This document shows, piece after piece, positions 10,360 through 19,674 of a DNA stretch of 64,000 bases. This DNA comes from an uncultured Collinsella sp. (lineage in GTDB: Bacteria > Actinomycetota > Coriobacteriia > Coriobacteriales > Coriobacteriaceae). The notes beneath the pieces are model-generated. The model had not been told where the DNA came from and ran no database searches. It saw only the letters and a list, made by a program, of their open reading frames with translations. The stretch is taken from contig CAAETD010000025.1 in NCBI GenBank assembly GCA_900758885.1, positions 13,129 through 77,128 of the forward strand, given 5' to 3'. The translations under genes and the position numbers were made by a program. Within the stretch, counting starts at the first letter, position 1; each line of letters opens with the position of its first letter.

Positions 10360-11150
10360 TAGAAGACCACCACCTTGGAAGCATCGAACACGGGGCCGCA
10401 CATGCAAGCACCCTTCATACCGTCGACCGTCTCGACATTGCAGGTGTTGCAGGCGCCAAAGCCACAGCTCATCATGCGCTCAAGCGACACCTCGCAGTAC
10501 GCACCGGCCTCGGCGGCAGCGGCGGCGACTTTCTTCATCATGACAGCGGGGCCGCAGCTGGCGACGTAGTCGTAGCCGCCCTCGCCGAGCAGCTCGGCGG
10601 CAGGATCGGTGCAAAAACCGTGCGTGCCGAGCGAGCCGTCGTCGGTGCAAACGTTGACCGTGGCGCCCAGCGCGCGAAACTCATCGACACCCACGGCCTT
10701 GGAAGCGGTGCCAAAGCCCAGGCACACGTCAACATCCACGCCCTGCTCGGCAAGCATACCGGCAAGACACAGCACAGGCGGAACGCCGATGCCACCGGCG
10801 ACGAGCAGGGCCTTCCTGGTGCCCTCGGGAACAAGCCAGCCGCGGCCGCCAGGGCCCAACAGGTTGGACTTGGAGCCGGGGGCCATCTGCGACAGACGAC
10901 GGGTGTCGTCACCCACGACGGCGTACCACAGCTCGACGGTACCGGCCTGGGCGTCGGCGCGATAGAAGCTCAGGGGCACGCGAAGCAGCGAGGACGCATC
11001 GCCGGGCACGGCAATGTTCACAAACTGACCGGGCTTGAGCGCACTTGCAAGCTTGGGGGCCGAGATGACGAGCGAGAAGATGCCGTCGGCGATCTCCTGG
11101 TTCGAGACGACCTCGAAGTCGTGCATGCGTGCAGTGGAAGGTGTGGGCAT
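10359..11150 (-). CDS. pyrK: Dihydroorotate dehydrogenase electron transfer subunit
   Basis: PGQFV, AGGIGVPP, CGP, ERMMSCGFGACNTC 2Fe-2S motif. Confidence 0.95.
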   Translation of the reverse strand: MPTPSTARMHDFEVVSNQEIADGIFSLVISAPKLASALKPGQFVNIAVPGDASSLLRVPLSFYRADAQAGTVELWYAVVGDDTRRLSQMAPGSKSNLLGPGGRGWLVPEGTRKALLVAGGIGVPPVLCLAGMLAEQGVDVDVCLGFGTASKAVGVDEFRALGATVNVCTDDGSLGTHGFCTDPAAELLGEGGYDYVASCGPAVMMKKVAAAAAEAGAYCEVSLERMMSCGFGACNTCNVETVDGMKGACMCGPVFDASKVVVF

Positions 11151-11242
11151 AGACGCTCCAATCCCCCATGCGGTTGCATGGTCAAAACGAACAGAAAGCG
11201 CGGCACCGCAAGGGCACCGCGCACAAAAGCGATAAGGCTATG

Positions 11243-12515
11243 CTAGCAGATGCAGCCGTCGGCGAGCGTCTGCTTACCGCCGACAAACACATCGGTGGCA
11301 CGACCGGTAAGCGTGCGGCCGGCAAAACCGGAGTTCTCGGCGCGCGACTCGTAACCGTCCTCGCCGACCGTCCAGGTGGCAGAGGGGTCGAACACGGTCA
11401 GGTCAGCAACGGAGCCCGCCTTGACCTGAACCTGGTCGAGGCCCAGGATCTCACGCGGCTTGATGGCCATGAGCTCGACCATACGGCCCATGCTCATCTT
11501 GCCCGTGTTGACCAGCTCGGTGAGCACGAGCGACAGCGAGGTCTCGAGACCGATCATGCCAAAGGGCGCAAGCTCGAACTCGCGGGCCTTCTCCCACGGG
11601 GTGTGGGGAGCGTGATCGGTGACGATAACGTCGACGGTGCCGTCGATGACGCCCTGACGGATGGCCTCGGCATCCTCCTCGGTACGCAGCGGCGGATTGA
11701 CCTTGAGCGAGGTGTTGTAGGTCTCGTCCAGGTCGTTCTCGGTCAGGAACATGTGATGCGGGGTGGCCTCACAGGTAACCTGAACGCCAGCGGCCTTACC
11801 GGCACGCACGATCTCCAGGCCATGGGCGGTGGAGATGTGCTGAATGTGCAGCTTGGCACCAGTCAGCTTGGCGATCTCGATGTCGCGGGCGATCTGGAGC
11901 TCCTCGCCGGCAGCCGGCCAACCCTCGAGAGCCAGACGGGTCGAGACCTTGCCCTCGTTGATCTGGCCGTGGCCGACCAGATCCTCGTCCTGGCAGTGGC
12001 TCATAAAGACCTTGCCGAACATCTTGCCGTAGTCCATGCAGCGACGGAGCATGCCCGCACCCTGCACGCCGCGACCGTCGTCGGTGAAGGCGACGGCGCC
12101 GTGGGCGACCATATCGCCCATCTCGGACATGGCCTCGCCCTTAAGACCGCGGGTCATGGCACCCGACGGATAGACGCGGCAGTGACCGACCTCGGCAGCA
12201 CGGGACTTGACGAACTCCACGACGGTGCCGTTATCGGTGACGGGATCGGTGTTGGGCATGGAGCACACACCGGTAAAGCCGCCCTTGGCAGCTGCGCGGG
12301 TACCGCTCTCGATGTCCTCTTTGACCTCGTAGCCGGGCTCGCGAAGGTGAACGTGCATATCCACCAGGCCGGGGACGAGGTACTTGCCGGAAAGGTCGCG
12401 GACCTCGGCTCCCTCGACGGCGAGATTCTCGCCGACCTCGGCGATCTTGTCGCCGTCAATCAGGACGTCAACGACACCGTCAAGCTCGACGGACGGGTCG
12501 ACGACGTGGGCATTC

Positions 12516-12532
<17 letters not shown>
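11243..12532 (-). CDS. pyrC: Dihydroorotase
   Basis: PGLVDMHVHLREPG, MPNT, KVNPPLR, TDHAPH. Confidence 0.96.
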
Positions 12533-14061
<1,529 letters not shown>

Positions 14062-14088
14062 TCACATGTCTTGACTGCTGACACAGTC

Positions 14089-14194
14089 AAAAAAATAGAT
14101 GCCCGACCGCTTAAAGCGGACCAGACACCCACAGGAAGGGCTGCTCTTTGGCAGCTATGTAATTCCATGTGGGTATCTCGTACCCCTTTAATGG
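14089..14194 (-). promoter_or_regulatory. PyrR-type attenuator leader (binding loop, antiterminator, terminator)
   Basis: Sense CCAUUAAAGGGGUACGAGAUACCCACAUGG binding-loop-like hairpin (14165-14194); AUACCCACAUGGAA can pair with UUCCUGUGGGUGU (antiterminator); GC stem 14098-14129 followed by a U-run; TACACT -10 at 14204-14209. Confidence 0.8.
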
Positions 14195-14500
14195 TCAAGG
14201 GATAGTGTAGCCAACCTCGAGCTTAATTGCGAGCATAAATACAGAGCAATCCGTAAACGGAGCCCAAAGCCCAATAAACCTATATATATTTGTGGGACGA
14301 GCTTGAAAACGCACGCACGAGCTGGCATAATCCCCTCTGCTGCACGCAAATCGGATCTACGTCCAGGGCCGTGGCGTGGGCACTATCGCCAAAAGAGGAA
14401 TATCTCTGTGTAGATTGCGCACAGGGAGCGACTTCTGTGCTATAGTTCAGGCTTGTTTGTTAACGCGACATGTTCGTTTGTCGCCCAAGGAGGGTCAGTT

Positions 14501-14689
14501 ATGTCCAAAGTTTGCGAAGTTTGCGGTAAGCACCCCGTTGCCGGTCGCTCCATCAGCCACTCTCACCGCGTCACCAACCGTAAGTTCCGCCCCAACATCC
14601 AGCGCGTCTACGTCGTCGTCGATGGTCACCGTCGCAAGATGAACGTTTGCTCCACCTGCCTCAAGTCCGGCAAGGTTGCGCGCTCCTAA
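14501..14689 (+). CDS. rpmB: 50S ribosomal protein L28 (Cys-containing form)
   Basis: MSKVCEVCGK...SHSHRVTNRKFRPNIQ...CSTC; AGGAGG SD; TGcTATAGT extended -10 upstream. Confidence 0.97.
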   Translation: MSKVCEVCGKHPVAGRSISHSHRVTNRKFRPNIQRVYVVVDGHRRKMNVCSTCLKSGKVARS

Positions 14690-14757
14690 ATAAGGTCTTA
14701 CCAACAAGTACCTCGGACTCTCCGGGTCAAAGACCTCGCGTTCATATAGAACTTACC

Positions 14758-14790
14758 AAAGGCGTCCTCCCCTACGGAGGGCGCCTTTTT
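14758..14790 (+). terminator. rpmB terminator
   Basis: AAAGGCGTCCTCC/GGAGGGCGCCTTTTT. Confidence 0.85.
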
Positions 14791-14793
14791 GCA

Positions 14794-14842
14794 CTCATTG
14801 GGGACAGGCTTACATGAGTGCTTTCACGCATTGGGGACAGAC
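14794..14842 (+). repeat. Left inverted repeat (two CATTGGGGACAG units)
   Basis: CTCATTGGGGACAGGCTTACATGAGTGCTTTCACGCATTGGGGACAGAC. Confidence 0.9.
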
Positions 14843-14884
14843 GTGACGTACACATGCGGCGCCATGATCAGGTCCTGCCCAGCC

Positions 14885-15661
14885 TCACGCAGCCTCCCTC
14901 CAGCCCACAGTGGCCTTGGTCACGCTTGTAGCGCCAATGCCGGTGATACGGGCAATTTGCTTGACCGTGAGATGTGCCCGCCTGAGCCTCAGCAGACAGG
15001 CATCGCGATCGGGGCGTGGCAGGGCCTTGAGCAGCGCAGGATCTATGCTCGGCAGGACTTCGTGCGCAATGGAAAGGGCCTCCTCATCGGGGATCCGCCG
15101 GCGTGGAAGAACCTCCACTGACCAAGTGCGCCCGGCAACTTCCTCGAGATGCTCGCAATAGCAACGGGAGCCTCCGACGATATCGAGCATAGGAGCCGCG
15201 TCACAGATGTCAAAGGAATCATAGCCCAGCTGATATGCCTTGTAGCTTGACCAGCGGTACGCCTCGAGCGAGTCGAGCGCACCTTTCACGGGATTGAGAT
15301 GGATATAATCGAGCAGCTGTACCGCCTGCGTGTCCGACTCGACCGCGACCCGTGAATAGCGATTGTCAAACAGATGGCCTGTTCTCCCCGTTTTCCCATT
15401 GAAATACTTGGCATACGCCGTCAGCGCACACTGCATTGCCTTTGAAAGATTGTCAAATGAGTCATCAACCATCAAATGGAAGTGATTGTCCATAAGGCAC
15501 CAAGCCAACACCGCCACTTTATGGTGCGCGAACCTGTCCGAGATGTCCGATAAGAAACGATATCGGTCAGAGTCATCTTCAAAAATAATCTGTTTAGAGT
15601 TACCACGGTCAAAGACGTGGTAATAACCGGTGAGCGAAACGGCGCGGGCACATCGAGGCAT
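14885..15661 (-). CDS. Y1/HUH tyrosine transposase (RAYT/IS200 superfamily) with C-terminal HTH
   Basis: MPR..., YYHVFDRGNSKQIIF, WCLMDNHFHL (HUH), GHLFDNRY, YIHLNPVK (catalytic Tyr), YRWSSY; C-terminal LTVKQIARITGIG HTH. Confidence 0.92.
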   Translation of the reverse strand: MPRCARAVSLTGYYHVFDRGNSKQIIFEDDSDRYRFLSDISDRFAHHKVAVLAWCLMDNHFHLMVDDSFDNLSKAMQCALTAYAKYFNGKTGRTGHLFDNRYSRVAVESDTQAVQLLDYIHLNPVKGALDSLEAYRWSSYKAYQLGYDSFDICDAAPMLDIVGGSRCYCEHLEEVAGRTWSVEVLPRRRIPDEEALSIAHEVLPSIDPALLKALPRPDRDACLLRLRRAHLTVKQIARITGIGATSVTKATVGWREAA

Positions 15662-15792
15662 AATCTCTCCTTTCAAAAACTGAACAGGCAACACCTAAAA
15701 GGAGAGAAGGAACGCGAAATGCTGAGCCTGTGACCTATTTATATCCAATGAGCGGCAAAAACAGGCCCAGAACGGCAAAATGGCAAATCGAT

Positions 15793-15841
15793 GTCTGTCC
15801 CAAATGAGTGAAAGCACTCATGTAAGTCTGTCCCCAATGAG
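15793..15841 (-). repeat. Right inverted repeat
   Basis: Reverse complement CTCATTGGGGACAGACTTACATGAGTGCTTTCACTCATTTGGGACAGAC; internal perfect hairpin ATGAGTG-AAAG-CACTCAT. Confidence 0.9.
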
Positions 15842-15994
15842 CGGGGCGATGCAGCAGACAGATAGTTTTAGTTAAAGCGGTTCATTTTATTAAAGCGTTT
15901 TAGTGTGCCTTTTACGGGAATCTTACCGTTCACCGAATAATTTCTTGCTATCATGCAAGGCGTAGGGTAAATCTCCGATCGCAAGGAGACACAA

Positions 15995-18643
15995 ATGGTG
16001 AAAAAGTCACCGGAAAACACTACTCCCGCAATTGTGGACAACGTAGAGGCGCTTGAGGCTAAGCTCGCTCAGATGCGAGAGGCCCAGGCGCTTTTTGCTA
16101 CGTACACGCAGGAGCAGGTCGACAAGATCTTCTATGAGGCCGCAATGGCCGCCAACAAGGCTCGTATCCCGTTGGCGAAGATGGCCATCGAGGAGACCGG
16201 CCGCGGCGTTCTTGAGGACAAGGTCATCAAGAACCACTACGCCGCAGAGTACATCTACAACGCTTACAAGAACACCAAGACCTGTGGTGTCCTGGAGCGC
16301 GACGAGGCTTACGGCATCACCAAGATCGCCGAGCCCATCGGCATCGTGGGCGCCGTCATCCCGACGACCAACCCCACCTCCACCGCGATCTTCAAGACGC
16401 TGATCTGCCTGAAGACCCGCAACGCCATCATCATCTCCCCGCACCCGGCTGCCGCCAAGTGCACCATCGCCGCCGCCAAGCTCGTGCTTGACGCTGCCGT
16501 CAAGGCCGGCGCCCCCGAGGGCATCATCGGCTGGGTCGATGTCCCCTCCATCGAGCTGACCAACATGGTCATGCGCGACGTCGACATCATCCTCGCCACC
16601 GGTGGCCCGGGCATGGTCAAGGCCGCTTACTCCTCGGGCAAGCCCGCCCTGGGCGTTGGCGCCGGTAACACCCCGGTCGTCATCGACGACACCGCCGACG
16701 TGCTGCTCGCCGTCAACTCCATCATCCACTCCAAGACCTTCGACAACGGCATGATCTGCGCTTCCGAGCAGTCCGTGACTGTCATCGACAGCATCTATGA
16801 CCAGGTTAAGGCCGAGTTCCAGAAGCGCGGCTGCTACTTCGTCAAGCAGGGTGCCGAGATGGAGGCCCTGCGTGCCGCCATGTTCAAGAACGGCGCTCTC
16901 GATCACCGCATCCCCGGCATGGCCGCTGCCAAGATCGCCGAGCTCGCCGGCATCGAGGTTCCCGCCAAGACCAAGATCCTGATCGCCGAGGTCACCTCCA
17001 CCGACCCCGCCAAGGAAGAGTTCTCCCACGAGAAGCTCTCCCCGGTCCTGGCCATGTACCACGCCAAGGACTTCCAGGAGGCCGTCGACAAGGCCGAGCA
17101 CCTGGTGCTCGCCGGTGGCCCGGGCCACACCGCCTCTCTGTACGTGCACCCCGCTCAGGCCGAGAAGATCAGCCTGTTCGAGCACGTCATGAAGGCCTGC
17201 CGTATCGTCATCAACACCCCGTCCTCGCACGGCGGCATCGGTGACCTGTACAACTTTGGCATGAAGCCGTCTCTGACCCTGGGCTGCGGCTCCTGGGGCG
17301 GCAACTCCGTCTCCGAGAACGTTGGGGTGAAGCACTTGATCAACGTTAAGACTGTGGCCGAGCGCCGTGAGAACATGCTGTGGTTCCGCGCTCCCGAGAA
17401 GGTCTACTTCAAGAAGGGTTCCACGCCCGTCGCCCTCGACGAGCTGGGCAACGTCATGGGCAAGAAGCGTGCCTTCATCGTCACCGACCAGTTCCTCTTC
17501 AAGAATGGCAACACCCGCGCCATCGAGGCCAAGCTCGACGAGATGGGCATCGCCCACGACTGCTTCTACGACGTCGAGCCCGATCCGTCGCTGCAGTGCG
17601 CACGTCGCGGCGCCAAGCAGATGGCTCTCTTTGAGCCGGACGTCATCATCGCCGTCGGCGGTGGCTCCGCTATGGACGCCGGCAAGATCATGTGGATGAT
17701 GTACGAGCACCCCGAGTGCAAGTTTGAGGACATGGCCATGGACTTCATGGACATCCGCAAGCGTATCTTCACCTTCCCCGAGATGGGCAAGAAGGCCTAC
17801 TTCGTCGCCGTCCCGACCTCTTCGGGTACCGGCTCCGAGTGTACGCCGTTCGCCATCATCACCGACAAGGAGACCGGCATCAAGTGGCCGCTCGCCGACT
17901 ACGCGCTGCTCCCCAACATGGCTATCGTCGACGCCGACAACTGCATGACCGCCCCGCGCGGCCTGACCGCTGCCTCCGGCATCGACGTCATGACCCACGC
18001 CATCGAGTCCTACGTCTCCATCATGGCTTCCGACTACACCAAGGGACTCTCCGAGCGCGCTGCCAAGCTCGTCTTCGAGAACCTGCCCTCCAGCTTCACG
18101 AACGGCGCCAAGGATCCGCATGCCCGCGAGGAGATGCACAACGCCTCCTGCATGGCCGGTATGGCCTTCGCCAACGCCTTCCTGGGCCTCAACCACTCCA
18201 TGGCCCACAAGCTCGGCGCCTTCCATCACCTGCCCCACGGCCTCGCCAACGCCGTCATCCTGACTCGCGTCATGCGCTACAACGCCGCCGAGGCCCCCGT
18301 CAAGATGGGCACCTTCTCCCAGTATCCTTACCCCAACGCGCTGCACAACTACGCCGAGATGGCCAAGTACTGCGGCATCGAGGGCAAGGACGACAAGGAG
18401 GTCTTCGAGAACTTCATCACGAAGCTCGAGGAGCTCAAGGACTTCATCGGCGTCAAGAAGACCATCGCCGACTACGGTGTTGACGAGCAGTACTTCCTCG
18501 ACACCCTCGACGAGATGACCGAGCAGGCATTCAACGACCAGTGCACCGGCGCCAACCCGCGCTACCCGCTCATGAGCGAGATCAAGGAGCTCTACCTGGA
18601 CGCCTACTACGGCCGCGAGCCCCAGGATTACGCCGTCTGCTAG
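15995..18643 (+). CDS. adhE: Bifunctional acetaldehyde-CoA/alcohol dehydrogenase
   Basis: PTTNPTST, SKTFDNGMICASEQ, SLTLGCGSWGGNS linker, GGGSAMDAGK, HSMAHKLG. Confidence 0.97.
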   Translation: MVKKSPENTTPAIVDNVEALEAKLAQMREAQALFATYTQEQVDKIFYEAAMAANKARIPLAKMAIEETGRGVLEDKVIKNHYAAEYIYNAYKNTKTCGVLERDEAYGITKIAEPIGIVGAVIPTTNPTSTAIFKTLICLKTRNAIIISPHPAAAKCTIAAAKLVLDAAVKAGAPEGIIGWVDVPSIELTNMVMRDVDIILATGGPGMVKAAYSSGKPALGVGAGNTPVVIDDTADVLLAVNSIIHSKTFDNGMICASEQSVTVIDSIYDQVKAEFQKRGCYFVKQGAEMEALRAAMFKNGALDHRIPGMAAAKIAELAGIEVPAKTKILIAEVTSTDPAKEEFSHEKLSPVLAMYHAKDFQEAVDKAEHLVLAGGPGHTASLYVHPAQAEKISLFEHVMKACRIVINTPSSHGGIGDLYNFGMKPSLTLGCGSWGGNSVSENVGVKHLINVKTVAERRENMLWFRAPEKVYFKKGSTPVALDELGNVMGKKRAFIVTDQFLFKNGNTRAIEAKLDEMGIAHDCFYDVEPDPSLQCARRGAKQMALFEPDVIIAVGGGSAMDAGKIMWMMYEHPECKFEDMAMDFMDIRKRIFTFPEMGKKAYFVAVPTSSGTGSECTPFAIITDKETGIKWPLADYALLPNMAIVDADNCMTAPRGLTAASGIDVMTHAIESYVSIMASDYTKGLSERAAKLVFENLPSSFTNGAKDPHAREEMHNASCMAGMAFANAFLGLNHSMAHKLGAFHHLPHGLANAVILTRVMRYNAAEAPVKMGTFSQYPYPNALHNYAEMAKYCGIEGKDDKEVFENFITKLEELKDFIGVKKTIADYGVDEQYFLDTLDEMTEQAFNDQCTGANPRYPLMSEIKELYLDAYYGREPQDYAVC

Positions 18644-18731
18644 TTTTAGCACGGTTTTTAACGGCGGGGGTGCACGGGTGTTTCACACACCCCCGCCGTC
18701 GCTTCTATCGCATCGTTGAAAGGATGCAACC

Positions 18732-19496
18732 ATGCTGCTACCCGATTCCAAGACCGAGCTCGTCCGCCGCGGCAACAAGGTCGTTTACGACCTGGGCGAC
18801 AAGATTGTCAAGGTCTTTAACGAGACCAAGCCTGTCTCCGACGTGTTCAACGAGGCTTTGAATCTTGCCCGCATCAATGAGTGCGGCATCCGCAGCCCCA
18901 AGGCGCTCGAGGTTTCCCAGCTCGAGAACGCCAACGGCTGGGCGCTCGTGACCGAGAAGGTTCCGGGCACCACCCTTGCCGAGAAGATGACTGCCGAGCC
19001 CCAGCGCTTTGGTGAGTACCTCGAGATGTTCGTCGACCTCCAGATCGAGATCCACGGCTACACCTCCCCGCTGCTCAACCGTCAGCGCGACAAGTACGCC
19101 CGCATGATCGACAGCCTTGATCAGCTCAATGCCACCACGCGCTACAACCTTCAGGAGCGTCTGGACGGCATGACCAAGGAGTTCAAGGTCTGCCACGGCG
19201 ACTTCAACCCCTCCAACGTCATCGTCGGCGACGACGGCCAGCTCTATGTGTGCGACTGGGCACACGCCACCCAGGGCTCCCCTGCTGCCGACGTTGCCAC
19301 CACCTACCTGCTCTTTGCCCTCAACAGCAAGGATCAGGCTGAGGCCTACCTGGAGCTCTACTGCGACCGCGCCGACATGCCCATGCAGGTCGTGCGTCAG
19401 TGGACGAGCATCGTCGCCGCTTCCGAGCTCGCTCGTAAGCGCAACGTGAACGATGAGTTCCTGAAGAACTGGATCGACGTCGTCGATTATCAGTAA
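18732..19496 (+). CDS. APH/choline-kinase-like phosphotransferase
   Basis: VKVF, CHGDFNPSNV (Brenner motif), CDW, DVA. Confidence 0.85.
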   Translation: MLLPDSKTELVRRGNKVVYDLGDKIVKVFNETKPVSDVFNEALNLARINECGIRSPKALEVSQLENANGWALVTEKVPGTTLAEKMTAEPQRFGEYLEMFVDLQIEIHGYTSPLLNRQRDKYARMIDSLDQLNATTRYNLQERLDGMTKEFKVCHGDFNPSNVIVGDDGQLYVCDWAHATQGSPAADVATTYLLFALNSKDQAEAYLELYCDRADMPMQVVRQWTSIVAASELARKRNVNDEFLKNWIDVVDYQ

Positions 19497-19528
19497 TATC
19501 TGAGCGATTTATTTCGCATCGGAGGCAC

Positions 19529-19572
19529 AAGGAAAACCCCGCAGCTCGCATGGGCTGTGGGGTTTTCCTTTT
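19529..19572 (+). terminator. Terminator after the adhE-kinase unit
   Basis: AAGGAAAACCCCGCAGC/GCTGTGGGGTTTTCCTTTT. Confidence 0.85.
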
Positions 19573-19595
19573 AGATATCGAGGACGCCACAAGAT

Positions 19596-19645
19596 AAAAG
19601 GACGGCCCCGCATCTCCCCGATCTGGAGAAATGCGGGGCCGTCCC
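19596..19645 (-). terminator. Terminator after proS
   Basis: GGACGGCCCCGCAT/ATGCGGGGCCGTCC stem followed by TTTT on the minus strand. Confidence 0.8.
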
Positions 19646-19674
19646 GTATATCGAACTACAAGCGAAATCGTCGA

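Larger units (their letters stand above)
14794..15841. mobile_element. HUH tyrosine transposase element framed by 49-bp inverted repeats (RAYT/TIRYT-like)
   Basis: A single Y1 transposase gene between inverted repeats 14794-14842 and 15793-15841 (46/49 identical), carrying GGGGACAG motifs. Confidence 0.8.

Noticed and set aside
14794..14842. CRISPR-like repeat-spacer reading of the GGGGACAG units
   Set aside because: Only two short units per side, near-identical intervening sequences, inverted arrangement and no cas genes; better explained as transposase-associated repeats.
15866..15905. Rex operator at adhE
   Set aside because: Only half-sites match TTGTGAA-N4-TTCACAA; the central-CG LacI-type reading fits better.
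16007..18652. 881-aa antisense ORF mirroring adhE
   Set aside because: Shadow of strong GC3 codon bias; no recognisable motifs; exactly spans the real gene.
18732..19496. Aminoglycoside resistance gene
   Set aside because: Only generic kinase-fold motifs; host-like codon usage and linkage to adhE argue against an acquired APH.
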